Part shown: positions 15,001-26,218 of the stretch, piece by piece
How positions within the stretch are numbered: the first letter of the stretch is position 1
Layout: each line of letters starts with the position of its first letter
Source of the DNA: Tubulanus polymorphus
Lineage: Eukaryota > Animalia > Nemertea
Assembly (NCBI RefSeq): GCF_964204645.1
Contig: NC_134025.1
Location: 27,012,299-27,076,298, forward strand
Length of the DNA: 64,000 bases
Direction of reading: 5' to 3'
Program-made: the position numbers and the translations under genes
The notes under the pieces: model-generated
Told to the model about the DNA's origin: nothing
What the model saw: only the letters and a program-made list of their open reading frames with translations
Databases searched by the model: none

Positions 15001-18000
15001 CCATTATCGTATTTCTTCTACTTCTTTACTTTACAGCGAAAAATCAAAAATCTATTATTGATTCACCCAATAAGCGTTGTGAGGTAAGATTCATCAACAA
15101 GCCCGGTGAAGAACAGCGGTTTCCGATTAGCCTGCTAAGAAAACTAAACCCCAAGTTTTCAACCCAACTCAGCAAAAAAATACTGAGATATAAGAGTTGA
15201 AAGGGAACCAACCATAGAGCTTTTTCGTAAAAACAAAAGACTTGCACATTCTGGAAAACAGTTTTAGCCGACGAATATTCTTGGAGTCAAATGAGATAAC
15301 ATGTGAAATAAGTTGCTCAATTGTTGACATCGATTAAGCATTGAATTTCGTAATTATTCAGTAAATAAAACAGTGGGAAACAATACTGGAAATCATTAAT
15401 CTAACACATACAACAATACCAGCTTCATAATATCCGAGGAGAGAACTGCACTGCCATATACTGCTGTAAACCCAGACATACAAGTATCGACCCAACCACT
15501 TGTCAGAGTGAAAACATCTGATATGTCGAATGATTTTACTGTGAAATTTGCGCCTACGTGAATCAAGATCAGATATAAACATGCTTATATAGGTAATACA
15601 CAGGATTTATGAATGACATGAAAAATATCTGGGTGCCCCTATACTAATAGTGTAACTCACATCGGGTAACTTTCAGCGACAGGTGCTAACTGAGTCAGTA
15701 TGAATCAGCTGTGCTCATCGTACACAGGAAGGTGGTAGATCTCTACTCTACCATCATGGGTGGAGTTTAGGCCGACTAGTCATTTGTGGATTAACTAGTC
15801 AGCCACATAGAAACGGAGGAACCCATAAGCTTGGCAAGGTTAATCTTGAAACTAAGCTATATAGGAACTAAACCCAATGTCAACCGCAAGAAGGGGGTCT
15901 GATTTTCTTAATTCGATATGACAGGAAAACCGAAACATCGAATACAATGTATAGAACTTAATTTGTCTGGTGGGAAAAGTTGATTTTTTGTACTTTTACA
16001 AATCAATCAACACATATTTTCAATGACTTAAATTCAAACACACTTGCACACACACAGACGCTACTGAATAACCTCGATTCCCTTATCTATCAAACGTATA
16101 GAATATCATTGACTCTTCGCGCAAGTCTATTTTTTTGTCGAATCTTACAAAAGATTTCGCCTACGACAATCGCGCCCGACCAAAAACTAATTATCGTCAC
16201 GTAAAATCAACGACTGAATGATAAATTACAGCTATAGGAGACGTTATGACTAACTCACAGACAGTCGCGGTATGGCAAAAACTTCGTTGAATTCAAAATA
16301 TTTGAAACGGTCTTAGTCACAGCATCAGATCTCCGCTAGGCAGCAGTTTATAGTTGTTGTTTTTATGGAAACCCGAGCAGAGAGAAACACCTGAATAATT
16401 ATCATATAATCACTATCAGGTGGTGAAATGGGTTGATCGTTTCGGGGCGGCCTTTCAATAATTATATAGTCATACATCCTGGAATAACTTTCTGACTCCC
16501 AATTTGAGTTATCGAAGGAATTGTGCAGTAATTCATCGAAATAGATGAATTATTTCAGTGTGTTAATGATCACATATGCCAACCTCAATCAATTACCACA
16601 TCGGGGACAAAAAAAGAAAATTTTTTAGGGGTATTCATAAGGATAACTGATTGTCAATAGCACAAAAAACACTATCAGGGACAGTGAGGTGTTTTCGGGG
16701 ACTGTCCCTGACAATTGGGGACAAGTAGCTCTGAATATTGTGTACTGCAGGATGAATGAACATGAAAGGGTCAACAATAACTACTAATGCCTGACCGCTT
16801 GACCACGAACCAACCAATCACAACTCAGTTATAGGGTGTAGTTCTCCATGCAGAGAAGGGTCAGTAGGGAGTTAGCCACCGTCAGTGACAGGATGGAAAA
16901 ATCAGAATACGACGACATTCTGTACGATTTGTTTCAAATCAAAACCGAAAACTTCGAAGAACGCGAGATTAAAATAGAGAACGTCGAAGAGGATGATCCG
17001 TACGCGGTGATGACGAGTACACCTGAAAATGTGGCTGAAAACGACGACGATTTCGTCATTCAAACGACTCCTCAAACTCAACCCGAAAACGACAGCGGAT
17101 TTTGTTCCCCTTGCGAAACGACGCAGCCGAAAACGATCACGTCGGATATAATGTTCGGACTCGCGATGAAACCGGAATTCCGCGAACTACAAATGACGCT
17201 GCTATCGGAATGCATGACGACCGCCGCCGAAGAACCGGTGCATCTTATGCGGACGATCGGCGAACACGATCCCGACGTTCCCGTGCATCGGCGACAGAGC
17301 GCGCTCGAAATGAAATTCGAAGCGTTGAAATCGCGTCCGTCGCAACAACTAGCCGACTTGCATAATTTCTACAAGTACCAGTGCGCTACTATCGAGGCCG
17401 ATCATTACGGCGATTTAATGATCGACGGTACGAATAAACCGGCCGTCGACTCGTACTACGATAGTCTCATGCATAAACTGATCAATCGAGTCAGTAAGAG
17501 TTTGGATCTACTCGAGAAATCGATCAATCTGTCTCGACTCGCGAGTACGAAGGGGGTAAAACGTAAAGCCGTCGATGTCGATAGTTACGACGCCGCCGAC
17601 GCGAACTGCACGAAAACGCGGAGACTTTTTACGAAAATGTCGATTCAGATTCTCGAAACGTGGTATCAGCAACACGAACATTACCCGTATCCGACGAACG
17701 ATGAGATACTGATACTCAGCGACGCCGCCGGGATAGCTACCGAACAGGTTCGCAAATGGTTTGCCAATAAGAGAAATAGAAACCAAAACAGCAGAATAGC
17801 CCGAGGACGTATCAGCAGAACCGCTTATCAGTTCCCGAACTTAGCTGATTTTCTATGAATTGAAATGACTTACTGCGAGAAACAGAATTGGTGCTTAAAA
17901 ACCTGTGCTTTATAATAACTAGATATTTTACTATGCCGCTATTTCTATACATATTTTACTGTTTTATGAAGAAAAATATATTTGTTTTATTTCTTAAGTT

Positions 18001-20477
18001 AAGTCTTATCTCTACTCTTTAAAGGTCGATGTCGGTGTAAACGGGCGATCATCTCTGTCAGACATAGCAGTCAAAGAGTACTTCCCTTCTATTATATCTG
18101 TCTACATTAGGACTATACGTTGTTGTTTCCAACTGAAGAACATGTAATTCTAAAAAAACTAATAGATGAACAATAACAGACCTAGTTCAACACAAATTAC
18201 CGTTTGATTATCGTCGCTTATTAGATGAATTTGTTTCGTAAAATCATTGACACCATAACTTATTCAGTTAATTGAGGCAAACCAGTTGTCTACATAGCAG
18301 TACATTCAAAAATCAGATTTGTCTGAACTCGTGCTCGCTAAACCTACTCATTTCACAGAGCCTGGAAGACTTCTACTCGAGACACAGTGGATCTGATTCA
18401 TGTAAATCTTCATCTAACTAAACCAACAACCGATTCATCTTAAGTGCGAGTCAAGTAGGGGCGAAGTATTTTACGAGAAAAAGTTTTCATTCGCTCTTAT
18501 TTCCTTCCAATTTTTATTAGTTACTTCGAAAGCTATAAGTGCTCTTGTTGAAGTGTTCAACAAAAAAAAAAAACAATTACAACCTTCTTTAATCCAGTGA
18601 CAAGCGAACTTACGCTTCAAATTACCCGCATTACTCAGCCTTCGCTGAGTCAAAACGTTAACATCGGTAATCTAACTAATCCGAGCTAAAATCTTCAAGC
18701 GTAAGAATCTGGCATTCTCGTTTTGTTAGCGTGGATATTGAATGTGTTTTCTGAGCCAATAACACGTGTTGTGTGAAACCACAGCCCATCTGTAGCATTT
18801 TATAACAAATAAAAGAGAAATCGATGACGATACCCCCCTCCCTGTATGTCTACTCGAATAAAAATATCCCCAACAAACTCGATCACCCTATTGAAACAAA
18901 AACATCTTAATACCAATTCAACATACATATCGATCAATTTATCCCAGAACAGACAATTAGATAATTGTGTTTAATTGGATTATCATAGATTAGCATATGT
19001 TGCATAATCAGCTATATATATATGTCATATTACTAGATATATGACTCGCATATGCTGGCAACCAGACATGTTGTGGTCAGTGTAGCTACTACTCAACATC
19101 ATCCATCAGCAGGGGAATTTCTCTGTTTACGCATAATCAACTGTTGCTACTTTTTACGACATTTCTGCAGACTATTGTTTTATCACTTCATGAATTGATT
19201 CACTTCATCTTATTCATTCATTTTTATTTCAGACCAGGTTTATATGCAATGACATGAACAGGATATATAGTTATGTTGATACACCAATCTCTTTCTATGA
19301 ATTAGGAGGCATTAGTTTTGATCACATCCATTCACCAGAAAATGCTTGGTACAACTCACCGGATTAGAAATATATAATGCATTTAATGGGGTATAGTATA
19401 GAAATAAGCCTATCGATTTTATTATCACAAGAGATTAATAGTCTGCGGAATATATAGATTATTAATCTGTAGTCAAAATATGACGGCTAAATGACTTTAA
19501 CTCTCAGGACAGGTCAGTTATCCAACATAAACCACAATCCTTATAGATCTACAGTAAAGTCTGCGTAATTTGTATCACTTTGGGTCCAGCAGTTTTTGTA
19601 CGTATTAGGTGAAATATGGAATTGAATTAGTATGGGATGTGTAAAAACGGACTGAAATACTAACGAATTTAGTGAAGGAACGAAATAATTACTATGAATT
19701 AAGCAGAATTAACTGTACTAATCGTAAACTCAATGTATCAGCCGGAGACTTACCCTGCAGGATATATGATCGTTCCGGTATTTTGACATACTGTCAAACT
19801 CGAATTTCCAGAAACAGTTACCCCCAAAACACGCTCTAATGTCACCTGTAAAACAATGAATTACAATGTTTTATGCTCATTCAAAAAAAAAGGTTGAAAG
19901 TTGAGAATATTTCGTGGTGATGCATTGACGACTAATCATAAACAGTGTACACCTGAGGCGATTCTGAATTGCTTCGATTGGCTTAAATTATTCAATTATG
20001 AGTTCTCTTGGCTGAAAGGACAGCGCTAAATTATGATTTGAAAAGATCTTATCGAAAAGACTGAAAAAATTAAACTGCTGTCCACCAGACCGTGGACAAA
20101 TAAACGGTTAACATATCACAGAGCGTAATCATATACATTACAAGGCTACAATGAGGGCAATTATCTCAAAGATTGTGTAGAGATTGTTCGGACTTTAAAA
20201 GCATGGAAGTGTCGGCTGTCAATAGCTTCAAAAACACGCACATATGATATACTTCTTTCATATTCAAACACATCATGAACTAGTTAATAACAGGTCAACT
20301 TGAAATGCTTTCAGACACTAGACCGGCATAAGTCACCTAAAGCCTAATACAGTCTACCATATAAATCCAATTCTAGATCAGATTGCAACTTACCCTTTCT
20401 GATAGAGGAACAGGCCTATTCTTTCTTTTCAGAGATGGTGAGCGCAATATTTTCCTCGGTCCCTGAGGCCTATCCAT
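1..20477 (-). CDS. MAPKBP1: MAPK-binding protein 1 / WDR62-like WD40-repeat protein (multi-exon, 3' end outside window)
   Basis: GT-AG exons join in frame: 20477-20394 ([19 protein letters not shown]..), 19845-19754 ([15 protein letters not shown]), 13979-13859 ([27 protein letters not shown]), 12345-12253, ~11877-11761 ([25 protein letters not shown]), ~8359-8264, ~7951-7769 ([18 protein letters not shown]), ~7424-7264, ~7170-6981, ~6771-6625, ~6533-6466, ~6375-6261, ~6169-6077, ~5992-5790 ([16 protein letters not shown]), ~5699-5571, ~5410-5158, ~5056-4938, ~4850-4715 (LPAWAKKQ), ~1523-1369 (PKGRWAQR), then acidic low-complexity exons to ~188. These motifs are characteristic of the MAPKBP1/WDR62 family. 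Confidence 0.92.
2364..2411 (-). CDS. Candidate 48-nt cassette exon of MAPKBP1 ([16 protein letters not shown])
   Basis: On the minus strand: pyrimidine tract + CAG, 16 open codons in phase 0, then AAG|GTTTGT. Both flanking exons are phase 0. Confidence 0.5.
4249..4293 (-). CDS. Candidate 45-nt cassette exon of MAPKBP1 ([15 protein letters not shown])
   Basis: On the minus strand: TTACAG acceptor, 15 open codons in phase 0, GTAAGT donor. Confidence 0.55.
9699..9952. mobile_element. Degenerate MITE (CAGGG-type ends, hAT-like)
   Basis: Inverted ends cagggtggccact / agtggccaacccctg, with internal repeats of ttccctga(g)tttt. No TSD visible. Confidence 0.55.
16848..17858 (+). CDS. Intronless TALE-class homeodomain protein (spiralian SPILE/TALE-clade-like), nested antisense in MAPKBP1 intron 2
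   Basis: 336-aa single ORF. C-terminal homeodomain [41 protein letters not shown] has the TALE PYP extension. An upstream helical block ([37 protein letters not shown]) is present. The true start may be the second Met (16893). Confidence 0.9.
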   Translation: MQRRVSRELATVSDRMEKSEYDDILYDLFQIKTENFEEREIKIENVEEDDPYAVMTSTPENVAENDDDFVIQTTPQTQPENDSGFCSPCETTQPKTITSDIMFGLAMKPEFRELQMTLLSECMTTAAEEPVHLMRTIGEHDPDVPVHRRQSALEMKFEALKSRPSQQLADLHNFYKYQCATIEADHYGDLMIDGTNKPAVDSYYDSLMHKLINRVSKSLDLLEKSINLSRLASTKGVKRKAVDVDSYDAADANCTKTRRLFTKMSIQILETWYQQHEHYPYPTNDEILILSDAAGIATEQVRKWFANKRNRNQNSRIARGRISRTAYQFPNLADFL

Positions 20478-21454
20478 TAGGAGGCTGTTGAATTATGCCC
20501 TGAATAAAACCGTATCATTTAAATATGGGTGTCAATGTAGGATTCATTCATATGGTTATAGGGCAGGCGTAATAAGTAGACCCAGGCTAAAGGTACTTAC
20601 TACATGAAGCATTTTGTCAAATAAGATAAACCATGTTTTACATTTGAATTTCATAGATATTGACATTGTGACTATCTAAGATGAAAGATGACAAATGATT
20701 GGAAGTTATTCATTGTAACTTGTTTTTATCTAAATAAAATTTGTTAATTATGCTGATTGATGGTGATAACAAACAGGTGTAGGCTACTAAAGGCTTTCCA
20801 ACATTGACTTGCTGTTGTCTTAATAATCGCCAAATGCCCTAATCCTTCTCCTTTTTATGCTGGTGTTTACAATCTCCCATGTGTTAGTGTAGTTTAGACA
20901 AAATTCATCAAATAAGGAATAAATTCAATTGACATTTTCTGAATTTAATTTACTGGAAGGATGAGTGATAGCCAGTTTAAATGATTGTCAGTAGTAAAAA
21001 ACGATACCTACATCTTATCAGATAAAGTCCGTAAACATATAAATCCACAGTTTACACCACGAAAATAATCAACTGTTCGGTTACTCATACAACAACATAC
21101 TGAATTTCATTATGTAGAAGCCAGTGAACTGAGGTTCGTGTACAATGAATGGTTTGGCTCAAGGTCGCTAGATGTCACCATTTGCCGGTAACGCCGTTTC
21201 CGCGCTGGCAAGCGAGTAATCGGACATAGAGACGGACTCGGGTACAACGAAATATTGATTTACATATTTAGCTCATAGGATATATGCATTTTAATCATTA
21301 ATAACTCATAATTATAGACTGGTATCTTAAATAAAAATTTAACCAGTATAGAAAAATTATAATTTTCAATAATTTTGGGGATTTTTGCCTTCCATATTGG
21401 TCGGGTCCCGTCAGTAGTCATTGGGGTCCGGACCAGTAGTTATTAGTTTATTTC

Positions 21455-24139
21455 ATTTAGGTCTGTCTGCAGAGTTTCTAGAACCTGTCATGTCAGGGCC
21501 CAAGACCTGACATGACAGGTGGGACCTCAGGTGACAGGTCGATTCGCTAAAATGAAAATCGTTATGACTGAACCGATGATAGGCGATTAGAAGATATGAT
21601 AGGCGCGGATTTAGAACAAATGATAGCCGATAAGAACACAAAGAACATATCGTAGTGCTTTCTGAATATATTATTCAAAAACAAAAAACAAACAATGATG
21701 TGTTATGAATTCATTTAAGAATTTATGTTTGTCCGTTTATAAAAAGTTGTTGAACTATATCGCCTTATAATAATAAAGATGGAATGATTGTGAATTATTG
21801 GAGAACATTGAACGAATTGTTTACAATTAATTTATTTTTTTGTAACACGAAACATAAAAATATCAAGATCAGGCAAAATGATACCAGTAGTGCCTTATGT
21901 AATCATAATCAGTATTAATAACAATCATTATACTCATTAAGATTAGGCCCTATATTATTATATATTATGGTAATTTTATTATATATAATTTTTATGGTCT
22001 CTTTATAGCAATGAATATAATATAAATTGCTAACCATGGATAGAATTAATCTTAAGTTACTATAAAACAATAATTTTGAAGCGAGACCTCACACGGCAGC
22101 TCGCGCCATATTGCAGAGCTTCTCGGGACCTGTGGTGACAGGTCTGCATTAAAACTGATGAAATGAAGGAAAACTTTAATTTTTATGGTCTCTTTATAGT
22201 AAAGAGTATAATATAGATTGCTAACCATAGATAGAGTTAATCTTAAGTTACTATAAAACAATAATTATGAAGCGAGACCTCACACGGCAACGCGCGCCAT
22301 TTTGCAGAGCTTCTCGGGACCTGTGGTGACAGGTCTGCACTAAAACTGATGAAATGGAAAAAACTTTACTTTTTATAAGCTTTATATAGTAATAAGTATA
22401 ATATAAATTGCTAACCATAGATAGAGTTAATCTAAAGTTACCATAAAACAATAATTTTGAAGCGAGACCTCACACGGCAGCTCGCGCCATTTTGCAGAGT
22501 CTTCGGGACCTGTGGTGACAGGTCTGCATTAAAACTGATGAAATGGAAAAAACTTCACTTTTTATGGTATCTTTATAGCAATGAATATAATATAAATTGC
22601 TAACCATGGATATAGGTAATAAGTTACTATAAAACAATGATTTTGAAGCGAGACCTCACACGGCAACGCGCGCCATTTTGCAGAGCTTCTCGGGACCTGT
22701 GGTGACAGGTCTGCACTAAAACTGATGAAATGGAAAAAACTTTACTTTTTATAACCTTTATACAGTAATAAGTATAATATAAATTGCTAACCATAGATAG
22801 AGTTAATCTTAAGTTACCATAAAACAATAATTTTGAAGCGAGACCTCACACGGCAGCTCGCGCCATTTTGCAGAGCTTCTCGGGACCTGTGGTGACAGGT
22901 CTGCATTAAAACTGATGAAATGAAGGAAAACTTTAATTTTTATGGTCTCTTTATAGTAAAGAGTATAATATAGATTGCTAACCATAGATAGAGTTAATCT
23001 TAAGTTACTATAAAACAATAATTTTGAAGCGAGACCTCACACGGCAGCTCGCGCCATTTTGCAGAGCTTCTCGAGACCTGTGGTGACAGGTCTGCATTTA
23101 AAATGATGAAATGAAGGAAAACTTTAATTTTTATGGTCTCTTTATAGCAATGAATATAATATAAATTGCTAACCATGGATATAGGTAATCTTAAGTTACT
23201 ATAAAACAATAATTTTGAAGCGAGACCTCACACGGCAGCTCGCGCCATTTTGCAGAGCTTCTCGGGACCTGTGGTGACAGGTCTGCACTAAAACTGATGA
23301 AATGGAAAAAACTTTACTTTTTATGGTATCTTTATATAGTAATAAGTATAATATATATTGCTAACCATTGATAGAGTTAATCTTAAGTTGCTATAAAACA
23401 ATAATTATGAAGTGAGACCTCACACGGCAGCTCGCGCCATTTTGCAGAGCTTCTCGGGACCTGAGGTGACAGGTCTGCATTAAAACTGGTATAAATTGAA
23501 AAAAAACTTCATGCTTTAAATTGATGAGTAGATTTAAAATCAGTCTCAATAAAATCAGTTTCTATATTGCATTCGGCTCTTTTACATGTACATCATAAAG
23601 ACAATGAATATAAATAGTGATACTTCATGACTGATGACAGTGAGGAGTGTTGCCGAACTGTGATAGTGAGCAGATAATTTTCAGTGTCTTATTGCGGAAA
23701 CGAAATATCAAGACCTCGATTCATCTAGCGAAAATTTTCTCTTAGACTTATAATGTGCTCTTACTTCTACATTAATAAATTCATCTACTAAATTAAAACT
23801 TATAAACTTATTTTTTTCCCTTTAATACAGAAATAAGTCATAGTTTACACATAAATATTTTCATCTTATAAATCAACCTTTCAAATGAATTATTTGTCAG
23901 AACAATTTCCTTATCGTTATTGTTGAATCATTTTCGATATTAACGACGGGTCAGAATATTCATTCAACTCAAAATGTTCTTCCATTCGTCTAGCACATGT
24001 CTAGATATTTCGCCGTTTCGTCAAATATTGTCATGAGTTTGGGTTTTTTCGGGACCTGACATGACAGGTCAGACCTGTCATGTCAGGTCTTAAGACCTGA
24101 CATGACAGGTTCTGGAAACTCTGCAGACAGACATCAATC
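21455..24139. mobile_element. Non-autonomous TIR DNA transposon (Mutator/Foldback-like), ~2.7 kb
   Basis: ~85-bp imperfect TIRs (21455-21540; 24051-24139) built on gtctgtctgcagagtttc-agaacctgtcatgtcagg. Identical 9-bp direct repeat gtttatttc at 21446-21454 and 24140-24148. No transposase ORF inside. Confidence 0.85.
21987..23510. repeat. Tandem array, ~8 copies of a ~191-bp unit
   Basis: cttaagttac..gcgagacctcacacggca..gggacctgtggtgacaggtctgca recurs at ~22051, 22242, 22432, 22620, 22808, 22999, 23190 and 23382. Confidence 0.97.
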
Positions 24140-24194
24140 GTTTATTTCCGGGTTCGATTTTTACGCTGTGATTTTGTGAATTATCGTAAATAAA

Positions 24195-26218
24195 ATGTCA
24201 TCAAAAGACAGAATTAACGTTTTTCCATCACGGATGTAAGTAACTTCGATCAATATTCACCCGAATCACCAATCTATGATTTTGAACGCATGGAGTTGTG
24301 TTAAATCTGTTGATAAAAGGCTGAACAATTTTGTGGTTGGACACTTGTCAGTCAATCATGTGACCTTGTTTGACAGATCAACTACTAAAATTTACATTTG
24401 TATTTTTCATAATTTTTGCAGGGCTCTGACCATAATGAAAGCGCGTCTTAAAGGTGCTGAAAAAGGGCATAGTCTATTAAAGAAAAAAGCCGATGCGTTG
24501 ACTCTCCGATTTAGACAAATCTTGAAGAAAATCATTGAGGTAGGCCTATTGTCAAAATTAGCCTTTTTCTTTTCTGATTTGTTGTGTAGTTTTTGATAAT
24601 TGAAGCTCATTATTTCTGGGCTTTTATCATAAAATTTCTATCGTTTATAGACGAAACAATTAATGGGTGAAGTAATGAAGGAGGCTTCATTTTCACTTGC
24701 CGAAGCTAAATTTGCCACTGGTGATTTTAATCATATGGTACTGCAAAATGTTAATAAAGCTCAAATCAAAGTTAGAACAAAGAGAGACAATGTCGCAGGT
24801 TGGTTAATTTAGAAACATTCCTCGAGCAGGTTTTTTTATGAGAACAATTTCTTCGAATGACTGAAGTATTTTGGCTTGAATTTCAGGTGTTGTATTACCA
24901 GTATTTGAACATTATGCAGATGGAACTGATAGTAAGTTTTTGCTCTAATATAGCCATGCGTGTTCTGTAGTGATTGTAGCGCAATGAATTAATTTTGAAT
25001 GTTTCATTTAGACTATGAGTTAGCAGGGTTGTCTAAAGGTGGTCAAGCTATCGACCGATTGAAGAAAAACTACGCGAAAGCTGTTGTGTTACTCGTTCAA
25101 CTTGCTTCTCTACAGACATCTTTTATAACATTAGACGAAGTGATCAAGATCACTAATAGACGAGTTAATGCTATCGAATATGGTAAATGAGGTTTTAAAG
25201 CCGCAATCACAATACGTTAATTAGAAGGTTCTAAGTTTAGTCCACTTCAGAAATCTAGAATTTACAATTGACCATTTCTCTGAGTGTGAATAGAAACATT
25301 GCTTTAATTGTGTCTAGCTGGAACAGAGATAACATCTGATTTAAGAACATTTAACATTAAATTGGTCCATTCTAGGTATGGGCCAGATTAAAATATGGAT
25401 TGATTAGCAATATTGTGAATGCGTGTTTATTTTGTTTGATAAACTGGAACGAGACAATGTATTTTACCCGTATCATTCTATGTCCTTCTTTTTCAGTAAT
25501 TATTCCGAAAATAGAAAGAACATTGTCATATATTACAGCAGAATTAGACGAACGAGAACGTGAAGAATTTTACAGGTAAAAACTGAGAATTGGTGACTTG
25601 AATCGCATTAATTATGTATAATCTTGGGTATTGGTAGCTTGCTATCTTCCCGCGAAATCTATTTGTTAAATTATACGTTTTTGCTTTTGATAAATCATAC
25701 AATGTATCTTGGTTTATGTTACGATTGACTACACTATATACAATCTTTGATTTGGTACTTAATGTTTGAAAAAAGTTCATAAGATGAAATAGTCAGTAAC
25801 AGGTGAGTATTCCTTGTATTATCAAGTTTCTGCTCAAAAATTCAGACTAAAGAAAATCCAGGAAAAGAAAAAGATTATCAGAAAAAAAGCAGAGGCTCAT
25901 AGGCTTGCTTATGAAGCAAAGATGGACTATCAAGATGGTCCTTCAAGTCTTTTAGATGACCGCGATGAGGATCTACTCTTCAATTAAAACAATAAGGTTT
26001 TTTAGGGGTGCAGAAAACTTAAAGTGGCTTTGTGTATATACGCTCTCAATGTAATTACCAATGTGTTCGTTTATCATTGCAGATTAAAGAAAATTCAGGA
26101 AAAAAAGAAAATATTAAGAGCAAAGGCAGAAAAACTACTAAAGATGTATGAAATAGAAGTGGAAATGCCAGTAAGCTTATTAGAAGAGAGAGATGAGGAT
26201 TTGTTGTTTGGAGACTAA
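24195..26218 (+). CDS. ATP6V1D: V-type proton ATPase subunit D
   Basis: Exons 24195-24235 ([14 protein letters not shown]), 24422-24539 ([26 protein letters not shown]), 24651-24798, 24887-24931, 25012-25182 ([24 protein letters not shown]), 25497-25575 ([12 protein letters not shown]), then last exon 25846-25987 or 26083-26218. Confidence 0.96.
25846..25987 (+). CDS. ATP6V1D: ATP6V1D alternative terminal exon A
   Basis: TTCAG acceptor in the correct phase; encodes (R)[46 protein letters not shown]. Confidence 0.85.
26083..26218 (+). CDS. ATP6V1D: ATP6V1D alternative terminal exon B
   Basis: TTGCAG acceptor in the same phase; encodes (R)[44 protein letters not shown]. Confidence 0.85.

Noticed and set aside
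17102-17786. Alternate-frame and antisense ORFs over the homeobox gene
   Set aside because: Shadow ORFs expected from the GC/CGA-rich codon usage.
22140-22195. CTGATGA...GAAA in every 191-bp unit, resembling a hammerhead ribozyme (retrozyme-like satellite)
   Set aside because: The spacer (aatgaag or aatg) cannot form stem II, and I could not build a convincing stem III/UH/stem I. An Infernal or RNAmotif search would settle it.
22052-23209. Five similar 66-69 aa minus-strand ORFs
   Set aside because: By-products of the tandem repeat; frames and stops vary among units and no domain is recognisable.
21987-23510. CRISPR-like array
   Set aside because: Whole units are near-identical with no unique spacers; the context is eukaryotic and there are no cas genes.
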